From positions 1 to 64,000 of IMG/VR virus record IMGVR_UViG_3300032308_002092: a stretch of DNA of 64,000 nt; one strand, written 5' to 3'. Below, piece after piece: positions 56,719 through 64,000 of the stretch (its first letter is position 1; every line of letters starts with the position of its first letter). The notes beneath the pieces are model-generated. The model searched no databases. It was not told where the DNA came from and saw only the letters and a program-made list of their open reading frames with translations. Source of the stretch: a virus. Both the position numbers and the translations under genes were made by a program.

Positions 56719-57458
56719 GTCGGAGATTTCCTCTTCTCTACGATCCTCTCGATCGCAAGTAGAGCCGCATAGAAATTTCTACCACTGTAGCCAAAACGCT
56801 TACCATCATAGAGATCGGTGACTGCGCAAATATCGTTACCGAACTGGGTCTGCGCTCTAGTCATCGCGTTGACACCCTGGTTCCAGGCGGTGATGGTTAG
56901 TGGCCAGTACTCGATCTCTTTGTGCTTGATCTGCATCAGCCTTGCTGCGGCCTTGGTACTGATCCTAGGGTCTTTAAGCTGCTTGTAGTTCTTGAGACCC
57001 AGCGACTTAACCCAGAACGGCATGATTTGAAATAGACCAGCGGCTCTAACCTTAGATACCGCCTTGGGGTTGTACGAAGATTCTACGTGGGGAAGAAGCG
57101 CAATCTCTATTGGCAGGTTTGCTGCTTCTACCTCTTCGTGAACCATATCGCCCAAGCCGCTTTCGTAGCGAACCATACCCGCTTCAAACTTAGAAGAGAT
57201 GCCGCGCTGCACCTTCACGTCTGGATCTGGGTACTTCTTCTTGACTTTGACTAAAACCTTCTTCTTGGCTTTCTTGTCCTCTGGGTAGTTGATGACCTCT
57301 AGGATCTCCATAGTCGAGGTGTCTACTACTAGACCTTTGTTCACGTCGTACTCGGTGTAGACCTTCTCCCAGAAGTCAATCCTAGGGACTAGGCACTCTG
57401 GTTCTGTCGCTAGTGCGGTTTGTGTCAACAGGGTCAGCGCCAATATCTTAAGTCTCAC
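56688..57458 (-). CDS. Secreted lytic transglycosylase (SLT/MltD-like)
   Basis: Signal peptide; LPHVESSYNP.A.S..AAGLFQIMP; TAWNQG. Confidence 0.88.
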   Translation of the reverse strand: MRLKILALTLLTQTALATEPECLVPRIDFWEKVYTEYDVNKGLVVDTSTMEILEVINYPEDKKAKKKVLVKVKKKYPDPDVKVQRGISSKFEAGMVRYESGLGDMVHEEVEAANLPIEIALLPHVESSYNPKAVSKVRAAGLFQIMPFWVKSLGLKNYKQLKDPRISTKAAARLMQIKHKEIEYWPLTITAWNQGVNAMTRAQTQFGNDICAVTDLYDGKRFGYSGRNFYAALLAIERIVEKRKSPTWLRHKKDTK

Positions 57459-57816
57459 TCTCTACTCCGGCTACGCAAGTGAATGGTTCTTTGTCTGAGA
57501 GAAGAGTCTCTTCCATGATGATGTCAGTGGATCTCTCGATGATGTAGTCTGTGGTCTTGGCGTCTAACCACTCTATCTTGGTCTTGAGTTCTTTGTTGAG
57601 TATGTAGACCTTAGCGTGGTGCATCTCTTTGGTCCACAAATCAGCGACGTACTCGACCATCTCCATGAAATCAAACGGACCCCTGAGCCCAGAGATAACG
57701 CAGTGCTGCTTGTCTCTGTCGCCAGAAGACACAGACACAGCGAAGGTCTTGTCCGTTAGTCTAGATAGGTCCATGTGTTCTATTTGCGGCACGAAGCCAT
57801 GAGATGAGTCAGTCAT
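57448..57816 (-). CDS. Hypothetical protein
   Basis: GGAGG RBS. Confidence 0.7.
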   Translation of the reverse strand: MTDSSHGFVPQIEHMDLSRLTDKTFAVSVSSGDRDKQHCVISGLRGPFDFMEMVEYVADLWTKEMHHAKVYILNKELKTKIEWLDAKTTDYIIERSTDIIMEETLLSDKEPFTCVAGVESET

Positions 57817-57850
57817 ACGATCCTCCGTGATTGATATCAGATCGGGATGA

Positions 57851-58438
57851 TCAGGAGTCGAAGCCTATGACGAAGCGCATGCGTGGCTTGCCTTGCCCTA
57901 GGAACTCACACTCAGCCTTGATGGCTTCGTACGCATCCTTAACTGGCTCCACGGTCAGAGTGTCGTAGTCGAAGTAGTGATCTCTTCCCGTCTCTGGGAT
58001 GTAGATGGGTGACTTGTTTTTGCTTCTTATTTTTTCTAGCTTGTCTATTCTTCTGAAGAGATTAGCTGCCGCATCGAAGTCATCTAAGGCGGACTCCCAC
58101 ATCGTGTGCTCGTATTTCTTGATGGCTCTCTCCATCTCTCTGATGTTACACCAAGTAATTGAGTGATACTCATTCTCATCTAGCCACTCTAGGGTTTCTT
58201 TGGTCGCATCCTTGGGTACACCTCTACCATCAGCTATTGGCTTATGGAACATAGATCTAACGCCAGCTAGTATACCAAAGAACTCGTAGTTGCGACCCGA
58301 TATGCAGTCGATCTCGTCGTTAGCGTAGTTGTATGGATCCTTGTAGCTGTCGTACGAGATATATGGTCTTTTGAGCCATAGTTTCCAAGGCTCTCCAGGG
58401 TACTTGATTTCGCACAAGATGTGAATATCGCAGCCCAA
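57851..58438 (-). CDS. Conserved phage hypothetical protein (MGCDIH...RNY..F..LAGVR...FDS type)
   Basis: Recognisable recurrent phage motif set. Confidence 0.75.
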   Translation of the reverse strand: MGCDIHILCEIKYPGEPWKLWLKRPYISYDSYKDPYNYANDEIDCISGRNYEFFGILAGVRSMFHKPIADGRGVPKDATKETLEWLDENEYHSITWCNIREMERAIKKYEHTMWESALDDFDAAANLFRRIDKLEKIRSKNKSPIYIPETGRDHYFDYDTLTVEPVKDAYEAIKAECEFLGQGKPRMRFVIGFDS

Positions 58439-58443
58439 TTTAC

Positions 58444-58896
58444 CTACTCCTCTATCAGCTTCTCTATCTCGTAGTCAGCCATGACCCTTGATATAAGGTC
58501 TTCCGATAGACCAGAGTAGCTACTTGGTACATTGACGTTCACCACGCCATATATTGCCTTAAGCTTATTCTTGTATTTGATGTCCTTCAGGAGGAACTCT
58601 AGATCTTCCGTGGATAGATCGCCAGATTTTAGTAACTGTTTTAGTTGCTCTGCTTGTTGCTCTGGGTCGTACGGACCGAACGTGTTGTTGATAATGCCAC
58701 TAGTGTTTGGTCCAAGCGTCCAAGAGCCTGATGAGAATGTGCCAGCTTGATTAGACATGGTGTGAGTAGTCGTAGTGTTAGGCACAATTTTGCCTTGTAT
58801 AGTGTGAGTAGTCGTAGTGTATGGTGAGCCAACTGTTACCGGCACATCACTTGGCACTTGATACTCTTGTCCGTTAATTGTTACTTTTTTACTCAT
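58444..58896 (-). CDS. Hypothetical protein
   Basis: ATGA overlap; two TTTTHT repeats. Confidence 0.65.
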   Translation of the reverse strand: MSKKVTINGQEYQVPSDVPVTVGSPYTTTTHTIQGKIVPNTTTTHTMSNQAGTFSSGSWTLGPNTSGIINNTFGPYDPEQQAEQLKQLLKSGDLSTEDLEFLLKDIKYKNKLKAIYGVVNVNVPSSYSGLSEDLISRVMADYEIEKLIEE

Positions 58897-59636
58897 TCTA
58901 CGTACCCTATCATCTTCTTTACGGTTTCTATTGTACTTTCGTAGATATGGAGGGAGTGGGCGATGTGCGTGAAGGTACCTTTCTGGAGGTCGGGGTAGGT
59001 ATCTTTAAGCTCTAGCAACATGTCATCCATTAGTCCCATGAAGAACGGCCAGTCAAATGCAGTTCCTTTGACCAGATCGTTAGCGCGCATCACTATCGAT
59101 AAGTTCAGACGATTATCTCGAATCAACCAGTTGCCATGAGTAGTGCAAGTAAAGTCGCGCACGCCCTTATAGAAGTGCTCTGGTCTACTGAACCTCATGA
59201 GTGCCTGACGGGTGTCTTTGTCTGCTTTGAGGGCTTCTACGCACCATTGCCACGGGGTCCTCATTACACCCTCGAACTCAGGATTGCCGTGGTCTGCCAA
59301 ACCCTTGATCAGATAACCGTACGCTGAGTTCACGGTACCATTTGGGTTACCCAGCTTACCCCAGAACTTAGAGATCTTCTCGAAGTCCTCTACCTTGTTA
59401 CTCATGCTGTAGTAGAGGTTTTTCTCTTTCTGGGTGTAGCTCGCGATTACTTTGTTGCGCTCCAGATCCCTAGTCACCAGCGGCTCTGAGTCTGGGTATA
59501 GGATCTCAATTACTGCGTCGGTAACTTCATGTATCTTCTGCCCCCTAGGTGAGCAGACAAACTCTGGCTCCAGCAGTACACCCTCTAGAAGCTTGACGTA
59601 CGCTTCACTCGGGGTTTTGTACGTATGCGCTCTCAT
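58893..59636 (-). CDS. Thymidylate-synthase-fold enzyme, probable dCMP hydroxymethylase/methylase
   Basis: SPRG, AYG, DKDTRQA, DFTCT catalytic Cys, MRANDLVKGTAFD, HSLHIYE. Confidence 0.85.
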   Translation of the reverse strand: MRAHTYKTPSEAYVKLLEGVLLEPEFVCSPRGQKIHEVTDAVIEILYPDSEPLVTRDLERNKVIASYTQKEKNLYYSMSNKVEDFEKISKFWGKLGNPNGTVNSAYGYLIKGLADHGNPEFEGVMRTPWQWCVEALKADKDTRQALMRFSRPEHFYKGVRDFTCTTHGNWLIRDNRLNLSIVMRANDLVKGTAFDWPFFMGLMDDMLLELKDTYPDLQKGTFTHIAHSLHIYESTIETVKKMIGYVE

Positions 59637-59659
59637 GCGGCTACTCCGGCTGCTTTGGA

Positions 59660-59938
59660 TTATTTAGAGATATAGCATTGGCTTCTGAATACGCCATCGC
59701 CATTTGGGTCCTTGTATACAACGAGCATGGCAGTTGGATATTCGGCAACTCCAGTGATAAACTCACCGTACCGATATCCAGTAAACCCACATACGCCGCT
59801 GTCGCTGCAGCCACCAATGCTCATCACGAGTACTCCATAGCTTTCTTCTTCAATCGTAGAGCACTTTTTTCGCTCGCTGGTCGTTGCGCAGCCAGCCAGT
59901 AGGATTGTAGATAGAAAACTCAATGCAAACTTATTCAT
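59660..59938 (-). CDS. Predicted lipoprotein
   Basis: MNKFALSFLSTILLAG|C lipobox. Confidence 0.7.
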   Translation of the reverse strand: MNKFALSFLSTILLAGCATTSERKKCSTIEEESYGVLVMSIGGCSDSGVCGFTGYRYGEFITGVAEYPTAMLVVYKDPNGDGVFRSQCYISK

Positions 59939-59954
59939 AAGTCTCACTCCTTTG

Positions 59955-60365
59955 TTACTCCTCTAATTCGAATTGTACTTTCTCAAATTGCGAATGCCAG
60001 CGCGCATACCCGCGGGCGTTACTGGTAAGCTTCTTCATCAGAGCACCAACTCGGAACTGCAGGTGGGTATGCAAGAAGCTAGACTCCAGCACCGGTCTTC
60101 CAGTTGGTCCGCCAATGGTGTCTGGTTTGAAGTTTTGTAGTGCCACTACTAGCTCAGTAAGTAGGTGCTGGCGGATGTCCCCTAGGGTCATACCGGTGTT
60201 ACCCAACATGATGTTGTCCCTTGTCTTCGGGTTGTTCCTAGCCTCGTTGAAGTTCTTCACCACGTGTCTTTGGATGAAGGAGTCTACCATCCACTCGTAC
60301 TTTTTAATGTCTTCGTTCGTGATCTTACGCTTAGTCAATTGTGGCCTCGTTTTCTGTGTCGTCAA
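59955..60365 (-). CDS. Sigma region-2-like small protein
   Basis: KYEWMV...; DIRQHLLTELVVALQNFKPD...ESSFLHTHLQFRV resembles sigma region 2. Confidence 0.5.
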   Translation of the reverse strand: MTTQKTRPQLTKRKITNEDIKKYEWMVDSFIQRHVVKNFNEARNNPKTRDNIMLGNTGMTLGDIRQHLLTELVVALQNFKPDTIGGPTGRPVLESSFLHTHLQFRVGALMKKLTSNARGYARWHSQFEKVQFELEE

Positions 60366-60624
60366 TAACTAGAGTTTGTGGGAAAGCTACTGGGTCGTTT
60401 AAAAAGGGAGTTTGTGGGGCAACCTCTGGATCATTTGGAATGAGAGTCAGTGGGATACGATTTGCATTTTGTGCAACAACCTCTACTAAGTCAACTCCTT
60501 CGCGTGATTTTAAAATTATTACGTGCTCAGTGTTTTTACCGTCGTGTACCAGGTCCATCATGTTCATTATGGTTCTAATATCGTCTATAGTGGCCTTGTC
60601 GTTAAGTCTGATTTTGTAGCTCAT
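60331..60624 (-). CDS. Hypothetical protein
   Basis: AAGGAG RBS. Confidence 0.65.
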   Translation of the reverse strand: MSYKIRLNDKATIDDIRTIMNMMDLVHDGKNTEHVIILKSREGVDLVEVVAQNANRIPLTLIPNDPEVAPQTPFLNDPVAFPQTLVIDDTENEATID

Positions 60625-60634
60625 GTTCTACTCC

Positions 60635-60916
60635 TTATTTGTTTAGGCCTAAGTCTTTTTCCATCTCTTCTTGTGTGTATAGGTTTTCTCTGATTATCTT
60701 CACAATGGCTTGCGATACTCTGTTGCAAACCACCTCTGTATAGTCGGATAGTATCTTGGGAATAGCCTGTTCTACGGGTAGTTGCCTTAATCTATTGGAT
60801 ATATCAAGAGGATATTGATAGTGAATTTGCGACCTCAATTCCCCAGATAGTGAAATAAATTCTTGTACTATGGCGGTCTCTAGGTGCGACTTACCCTTCT
60901 TCAGCATTAGCGTCAT
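60635..60916 (-). CDS. Hypothetical protein
   Basis: AAGGAG RBS. Confidence 0.65.
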   Translation of the reverse strand: MTLMLKKGKSHLETAIVQEFISLSGELRSQIHYQYPLDISNRLRQLPVEQAIPKILSDYTEVVCNRVSQAIVKIIRENLYTQEEMEKDLGLNK

Positions 60917-60926
60917 ATCTTCTCCT

Positions 60927-61271
60927 TTATTTTTCTTCGTATCTTCGGATGTTTACTTTTCTTTGGGTGGCCAAACTAACCATGTTCTCTGTTCCTCTAC
61001 CGCCTGGAAAGGCTACCACTAGGTCTGGCTTACCTTCGTCTAGCATCTGTAGGTTGCGATACGGACCTGCGGATTTCCCAAAGCGAGCCCAATCTGCGGG
61101 GAAGGTGAGTGTTTGTACTCGGTTCTTCCTCGCCCACTCCCTCGCGCAAGCGTCTGCTCCAGTGGCTCCGCCTTCTATGACCACAGTGATGTCTGACCTA
61201 TACTCGTCTAGGACTTCATCCACCGCCGCCTGGTCCCAGTAGTTTCTGCCACCACATACCAGTATTCTCAT
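60927..61271 (-). CDS. YspA-like SLOG family (DUF2493) nucleotide-binding protein
   Basis: MRILVCGGRNY, GGATGAD, ADW...GKSAGP.RN..ML, AFPGGRGT..M. Confidence 0.88.
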   Translation of the reverse strand: MRILVCGGRNYWDQAAVDEVLDEYRSDITVVIEGGATGADACAREWARKNRVQTLTFPADWARFGKSAGPYRNLQMLDEGKPDLVVAFPGGRGTENMVSLATQRKVNIRRYEEK

Positions 61272-61272
61272 A

Positions 61273-61605
61273 TCAGCTACCCGGGAACGGGGTCATGGTG
61301 CCGTCTTCTAGGTACTTTGTGGGATCCTTCCAGATGCTCATGAGACCGGTAGATCCGTCGTACTGGGTCGGGAAGTAGATCTTGTCGTTATCGAAGGCGA
61401 TGAAGTTAGGGCACTCTGGACTTCCGTAACCCGTGTGGTACGGTGTGTCTAGGATAGTGCTGTCCTTGTTGATGATTTGTCGTAACTTCACGTCTTCTAA
61501 GCTAGCCCAACCGCTGCGACCTTCGGTGTCGTGCCATATGATAGTGCCGGTTTCCCAGTCGAAACCTTCTTCAGTAAGTTCTTTTCGTAGTGTTGGGTTT
61601 CGCAT
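61273..61605 (-). CDS. Hypothetical protein
   Basis: GYGSPEC...YFPTQYDG; RBS present. Confidence 0.7.
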   Translation of the reverse strand: MRNPTLRKELTEEGFDWETGTIIWHDTEGRSGWASLEDVKLRQIINKDSTILDTPYHTGYGSPECPNFIAFDNDKIYFPTQYDGSTGLMSIWKDPTKYLEDGTMTPFPGS

Positions 61606-61616
61606 TTAGTTTCCCC

Positions 61617-61967
61617 TCACATCGTACAGTTGTCACATATTTGATCTGCTTTGTCTTCTTTACTCTTGGAGGTCTTCTCCCCATAGATTAGATCGGATAT
61701 GAGGATCTCTAGCTTGTTGCACTTGAAGTAATGTCTAGTCACGAATACCGTGCCGAAGCCGTTCATGCCGATATCTTTGGTGCATCTTTCCATAAAAGTA
61801 CCAAGCAGGTCTGGTGTGAAATACATATTGAACCGAAGGCGGGTAGAGACGTGATCCCACTTGCTGTCTTTCTCTGGAGGAAAGTGGTATGCCACAAAAG
61901 AAGTGGCCGAAGGAATGGAGACAAAAATAGCAACTGCAGATACGAAGCCTAAGATGAACTGTTTCAT
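61617..61967 (-). CDS. Hypothetical exported/membrane protein
   Basis: N-terminal hydrophobic segment. Confidence 0.65.
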   Translation of the reverse strand: MKQFILGFVSAVAIFVSIPSATSFVAYHFPPEKDSKWDHVSTRLRFNMYFTPDLLGTFMERCTKDIGMNGFGTVFVTRHYFKCNKLEILISDLIYGEKTSKSKEDKADQICDNCTM

Positions 61968-61980
61968 GGTTTAGTGTTCC

Positions 61981-62187
61981 TTATTTATCTATGTTAATTT
62001 CGGGTATCTTGTGAGGACCTTTGCGGATACAGGCTTGCACTTCCGAGTATAGCTCGTAGTTCTTCGAGCACCAGAATTCCTTATTTTCTTTTCCAATAGC
62101 GCCAACGATAAGCATGCCAGATATGAGTCCAACTAAAAGAAATACGACCGCTATAAGGGTATAAGTCATTCCGTCCTGGTGGTTCAT
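61981..62187 (-). CDS. Small membrane protein
   Basis: Single TM; GGGAG RBS. Confidence 0.65.
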   Translation of the reverse strand: MNHQDGMTYTLIAVVFLLVGLISGMLIVGAIGKENKEFWCSKNYELYSEVQACIRKGPHKIPEINIDK

Positions 62188-62324
62188 CTAAGCGTCTCCC
62201 TTATTGCTACATATAGATAAGCTATTACCATAGCCCCAACTAAGGTGTATAAAAATAGATCCATCGGCTTAGCATCTAGTACACAAGCCTCTACGAAGTT
62301 TCTGATCGTACACTCTGTTTTCAT
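62184..62324 (-). CDS. Small membrane protein (46 aa, MKTECTIRNFVEAC...), not in the ORF track
   Basis: GAGGG RBS; fills the gap with an ATGA overlap into the next gene; one TM. Confidence 0.55.
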   Translation of the reverse strand: MKTECTIRNFVEACVLDAKPMDLFLYTLVGAMVIAYLYVAIRETLR

Positions 62325-62331
62325 TGGTCCC

Positions 62332-62523
62332 TCACAAAGGTCTTTTGGAAATTAGCTTGTCAAGTCTTTCACACGATTCCTGTGCTCTGTCTAAAGAACC
62401 CTGGATCCGCCCAAGGCTTTGCAGTAGCGACTCGACGTCCTCCCACTTAACCCAGTCGCCTTGGGGACGTTCATCGATGCTTTCCATGCGCCAGTTGATA
62501 TCGTACCGCTTAATTTCAATCAT
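62332..62523 (-). CDS. Hypothetical protein
   Basis: MIEIKRYD...GDWVKWEDVE; start overlaps the upstream stop. Confidence 0.6.
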   Translation of the reverse strand: MIEIKRYDINWRMESIDERPQGDWVKWEDVESLLQSLGRIQGSLDRAQESCERLDKLISKRPL

Positions 62524-62812
62524 TGTCGTTAACCCACAACCTACCACTCTCAGGAATCATGACGGAGCCATTAGGCTGCGTACCTACTCTAAGGGTGGCC
62601 TTCAGCCAAAGGTTCTGCGCCTCGGGATCTGATGTTAAGAATGGTACGAAGTAATCAGCAACTCGGATAAACTCAGGCACCAGCTCCCAGTCGTCTGCCA
62701 TGACATCAATATAGTCGTCGTCGCTCGAATCAAACCACGCGTCTTTCGCCCAGCTTTTCCTTCTAGCTCTGCGGCCTTCGCGAATCTCTGGTAGTATTTC
62801 TTCAAGTTTCAT
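62516..62812 (-). CDS. DUF2829/Tad2-like protein (paralog 1)
   Basis: L.E.L..I..G.RARR.SW ... DVMADDWE. Confidence 0.6.
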   Translation of the reverse strand: MKLEEILPEIREGRRARRKSWAKDAWFDSSDDDYIDVMADDWELVPEFIRVADYFVPFLTSDPEAQNLWLKATLRVGTQPNGSVMIPESGRLWVNDND

Positions 62813-63204
62813 TCATCCACCTCCACTTCAATTTCATACGGTGTGTCGATGAGCCAGCGGAGAACATAAGGACCGAGTGCTTCATCCGCCTCTTTGCGGG
62901 AACGGAACAGCTCACGGCTTATATGTATACCCCTGGAATCTGAGCAAAAAGCTGGCGCCATCTTAACCGTCTTGCGTTCCTTTGGCCGTTCTTTGCCGAG
63001 GTATTCTACGAGGTCTCTATTTACAGACTCATTACCATATACCTGATGAGTACCGTCTAAAGTCCATGAGAATTTGCCAGATTTAACAATATATCCAGTT
63101 ACGGGATACTGTGTGCCGAAGTCATTAGGGACGCAATCACTAACCACAACCTCAGCCAACCTGCCATCACGTGTCTTGTACCAGCCGCTTTGCTCAACTT
63201 TCAT
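62809..63204 (-). CDS. Hypothetical protein
   Basis: G.YKTRDGR.A.V...YPV.G...W..DG pattern. Confidence 0.7.
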   Translation of the reverse strand: MKVEQSGWYKTRDGRLAEVVVSDCVPNDFGTQYPVTGYIVKSGKFSWTLDGTHQVYGNESVNRDLVEYLGKERPKERKTVKMAPAFCSDSRGIHISRELFRSRKEADEALGPYVLRWLIDTPYEIEVEVDE

Positions 63205-63557
63205 TTCTGCTCCCTCTCACTTCCCGGAACCATCACGCTGCCCTCTGGTTGCTGGCCGATGGGGAGTGTATTTCGAAAATATGTTGGGTATGTCCCAGTT
63301 TCATAAACATAAAGTTGACTGACAGTTGGAACCAGATAATCAGCAACCCGGACGGGCTCCGACTCCAGTTCCCAGTCATCTGCTAGGATATCGTCGTGGA
63401 GAGGTAGGTACATACGACCGTCCTCCGAAATCAGTTGGTCAGGGAACTCAGGATTTATGCATATGTAGCAGTCCCAGTCTACCTCGCCGGGCCAGCTGTT
63501 TCTTCTGGCCTTCTGGCCTTTACGAATCTCTGGTAGTATCTCTTCTAGCTTTGCCAT
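63201..63557 (-). CDS. DUF2829/Tad2-like protein (paralog 2)
   Basis: Start reassigned to MAKLEE; KGQKARRNSW ... YLP..DDILADDWE. Confidence 0.65.
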   Translation of the reverse strand: MAKLEEILPEIRKGQKARRNSWPGEVDWDCYICINPEFPDQLISEDGRMYLPLHDDILADDWELESEPVRVADYLVPTVSQLYVYETGTYPTYFRNTLPIGQQPEGSVMVPGSEREQK

Positions 63558-63570
63558 CTTGTCCCCACTC

Positions 63571-63960
63571 TCACTTTCTAAAAACGCGCTTGCCAGACTT
63601 GGGCGGCAGGATTCCCAGGTGCAGCCATGTAGGTGCGTCCAGTCTGTCCTCTGCATACAAGTCGAACTGCTCCAATAGACGGTTGTCGTCCTTCGTCACC
63701 ATTGCATACAGCTTGCCATCCTTGTCAGCGATGTCGATGGCAGCAGCCTTGCAGTGCGCTGAGTTCTTCGAGCCGCCAATCTTGACGTTGTATGCAGGGC
63801 TACGGTATCCACTGTTGACCGTGAACGGCATGCCCAATAGGTCACGCAGCTTGTTGACCTGGACAAGCAGCTTGATAGCGTTCATATAGTCATCATGGTC
63901 CAGCTCAGTCAGGTCCTGGCCGCCAAAGTACTCTTCAGCTGATATTTTTATTTTACTCAT
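63571..63960 (-). CDS. Peptidase M15A zinc peptidase (endolysin candidate)
   Basis: SGYRS..YN..IGG...SAH....A.D ... WLH. Confidence 0.88.
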   Translation of the reverse strand: MSKIKISAEEYFGGQDLTELDHDDYMNAIKLLVQVNKLRDLLGMPFTVNSGYRSPAYNVKIGGSKNSAHCKAAAIDIADKDGKLYAMVTKDDNRLLEQFDLYAEDRLDAPTWLHLGILPPKSGKRVFRK

Positions 63961-64000
63961 TTTTTTAAGACATCCTTCGTAATAGAAATTACTGTTAAAG

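Noticed and set aside
56149-59636. Uracil-DNA or hmU genome
   Set aside because: A UDG-like domain and a dUTPase-like gene argue against U-DNA, and the TS-fold Asp favours dCMP over dUMP; hmU is not fully excluded
1-64000. Stop-codon reassignment
   Set aside because: Conserved genes are full length in the standard code, and TAG, TGA and TAA all end genes next to the following start

Overview
This is a 64-kb gene-dense segment of a large tailed dsDNA phage using the standard genetic code. The host is unknown and probably Gram-negative. I saw no rRNA, tRNA, CRISPR array, integrase or intact mobile element. + strand 0.1-21 kb carries replication and recombination genes: SF2 helicase, all-alpha dNTP pyrophosphatase, degenerate DNA MTase, GroEL, Rad50/Mre11-like pair, RuvC-like resolvase, T5 A1-like phosphoesterase, DnaQ-fused DnaE, gp32-like SSB, UvsY-like protein and RecA. 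21.6-34.3 kb is the packaging and head module: TerL, portal, prohead protease, scaffold and major capsid protein (MCP). 35-44 kb is a block of charged, low-complexity proteins that look like internal head cargo, plus a neck protein. 44-54 kb encodes fibre-like and Gly-rich adhesin-like proteins. The - strand from 54-64 kb holds small early-type genes: dCMP deaminase-UDG fusion, degenerate ThyX, lytic transglycosylase, a TS-fold enzyme with a dCMP-type Asp, a SLOG protein, two Tad2-like paralogs and an M15A peptidase. The best candidate for an undescribed system is a capsid cargo code. A recurrent (N/L)GQWx(L/I) peptide, usually followed by a putative L-x-K|S maturation site, sits on five unrelated proteins, and the prohead protease carries an internal copy of the mature MCP N-terminus. 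Other highlights are a probable cytosine-modification pathway, four sigma-factor fragments with -10-only promoters, a nested overlapping gene, a possible beta-barrel-anchored spanin and a structured RNA candidate. All family assignments come from motif recognition by eye, with no database searches.
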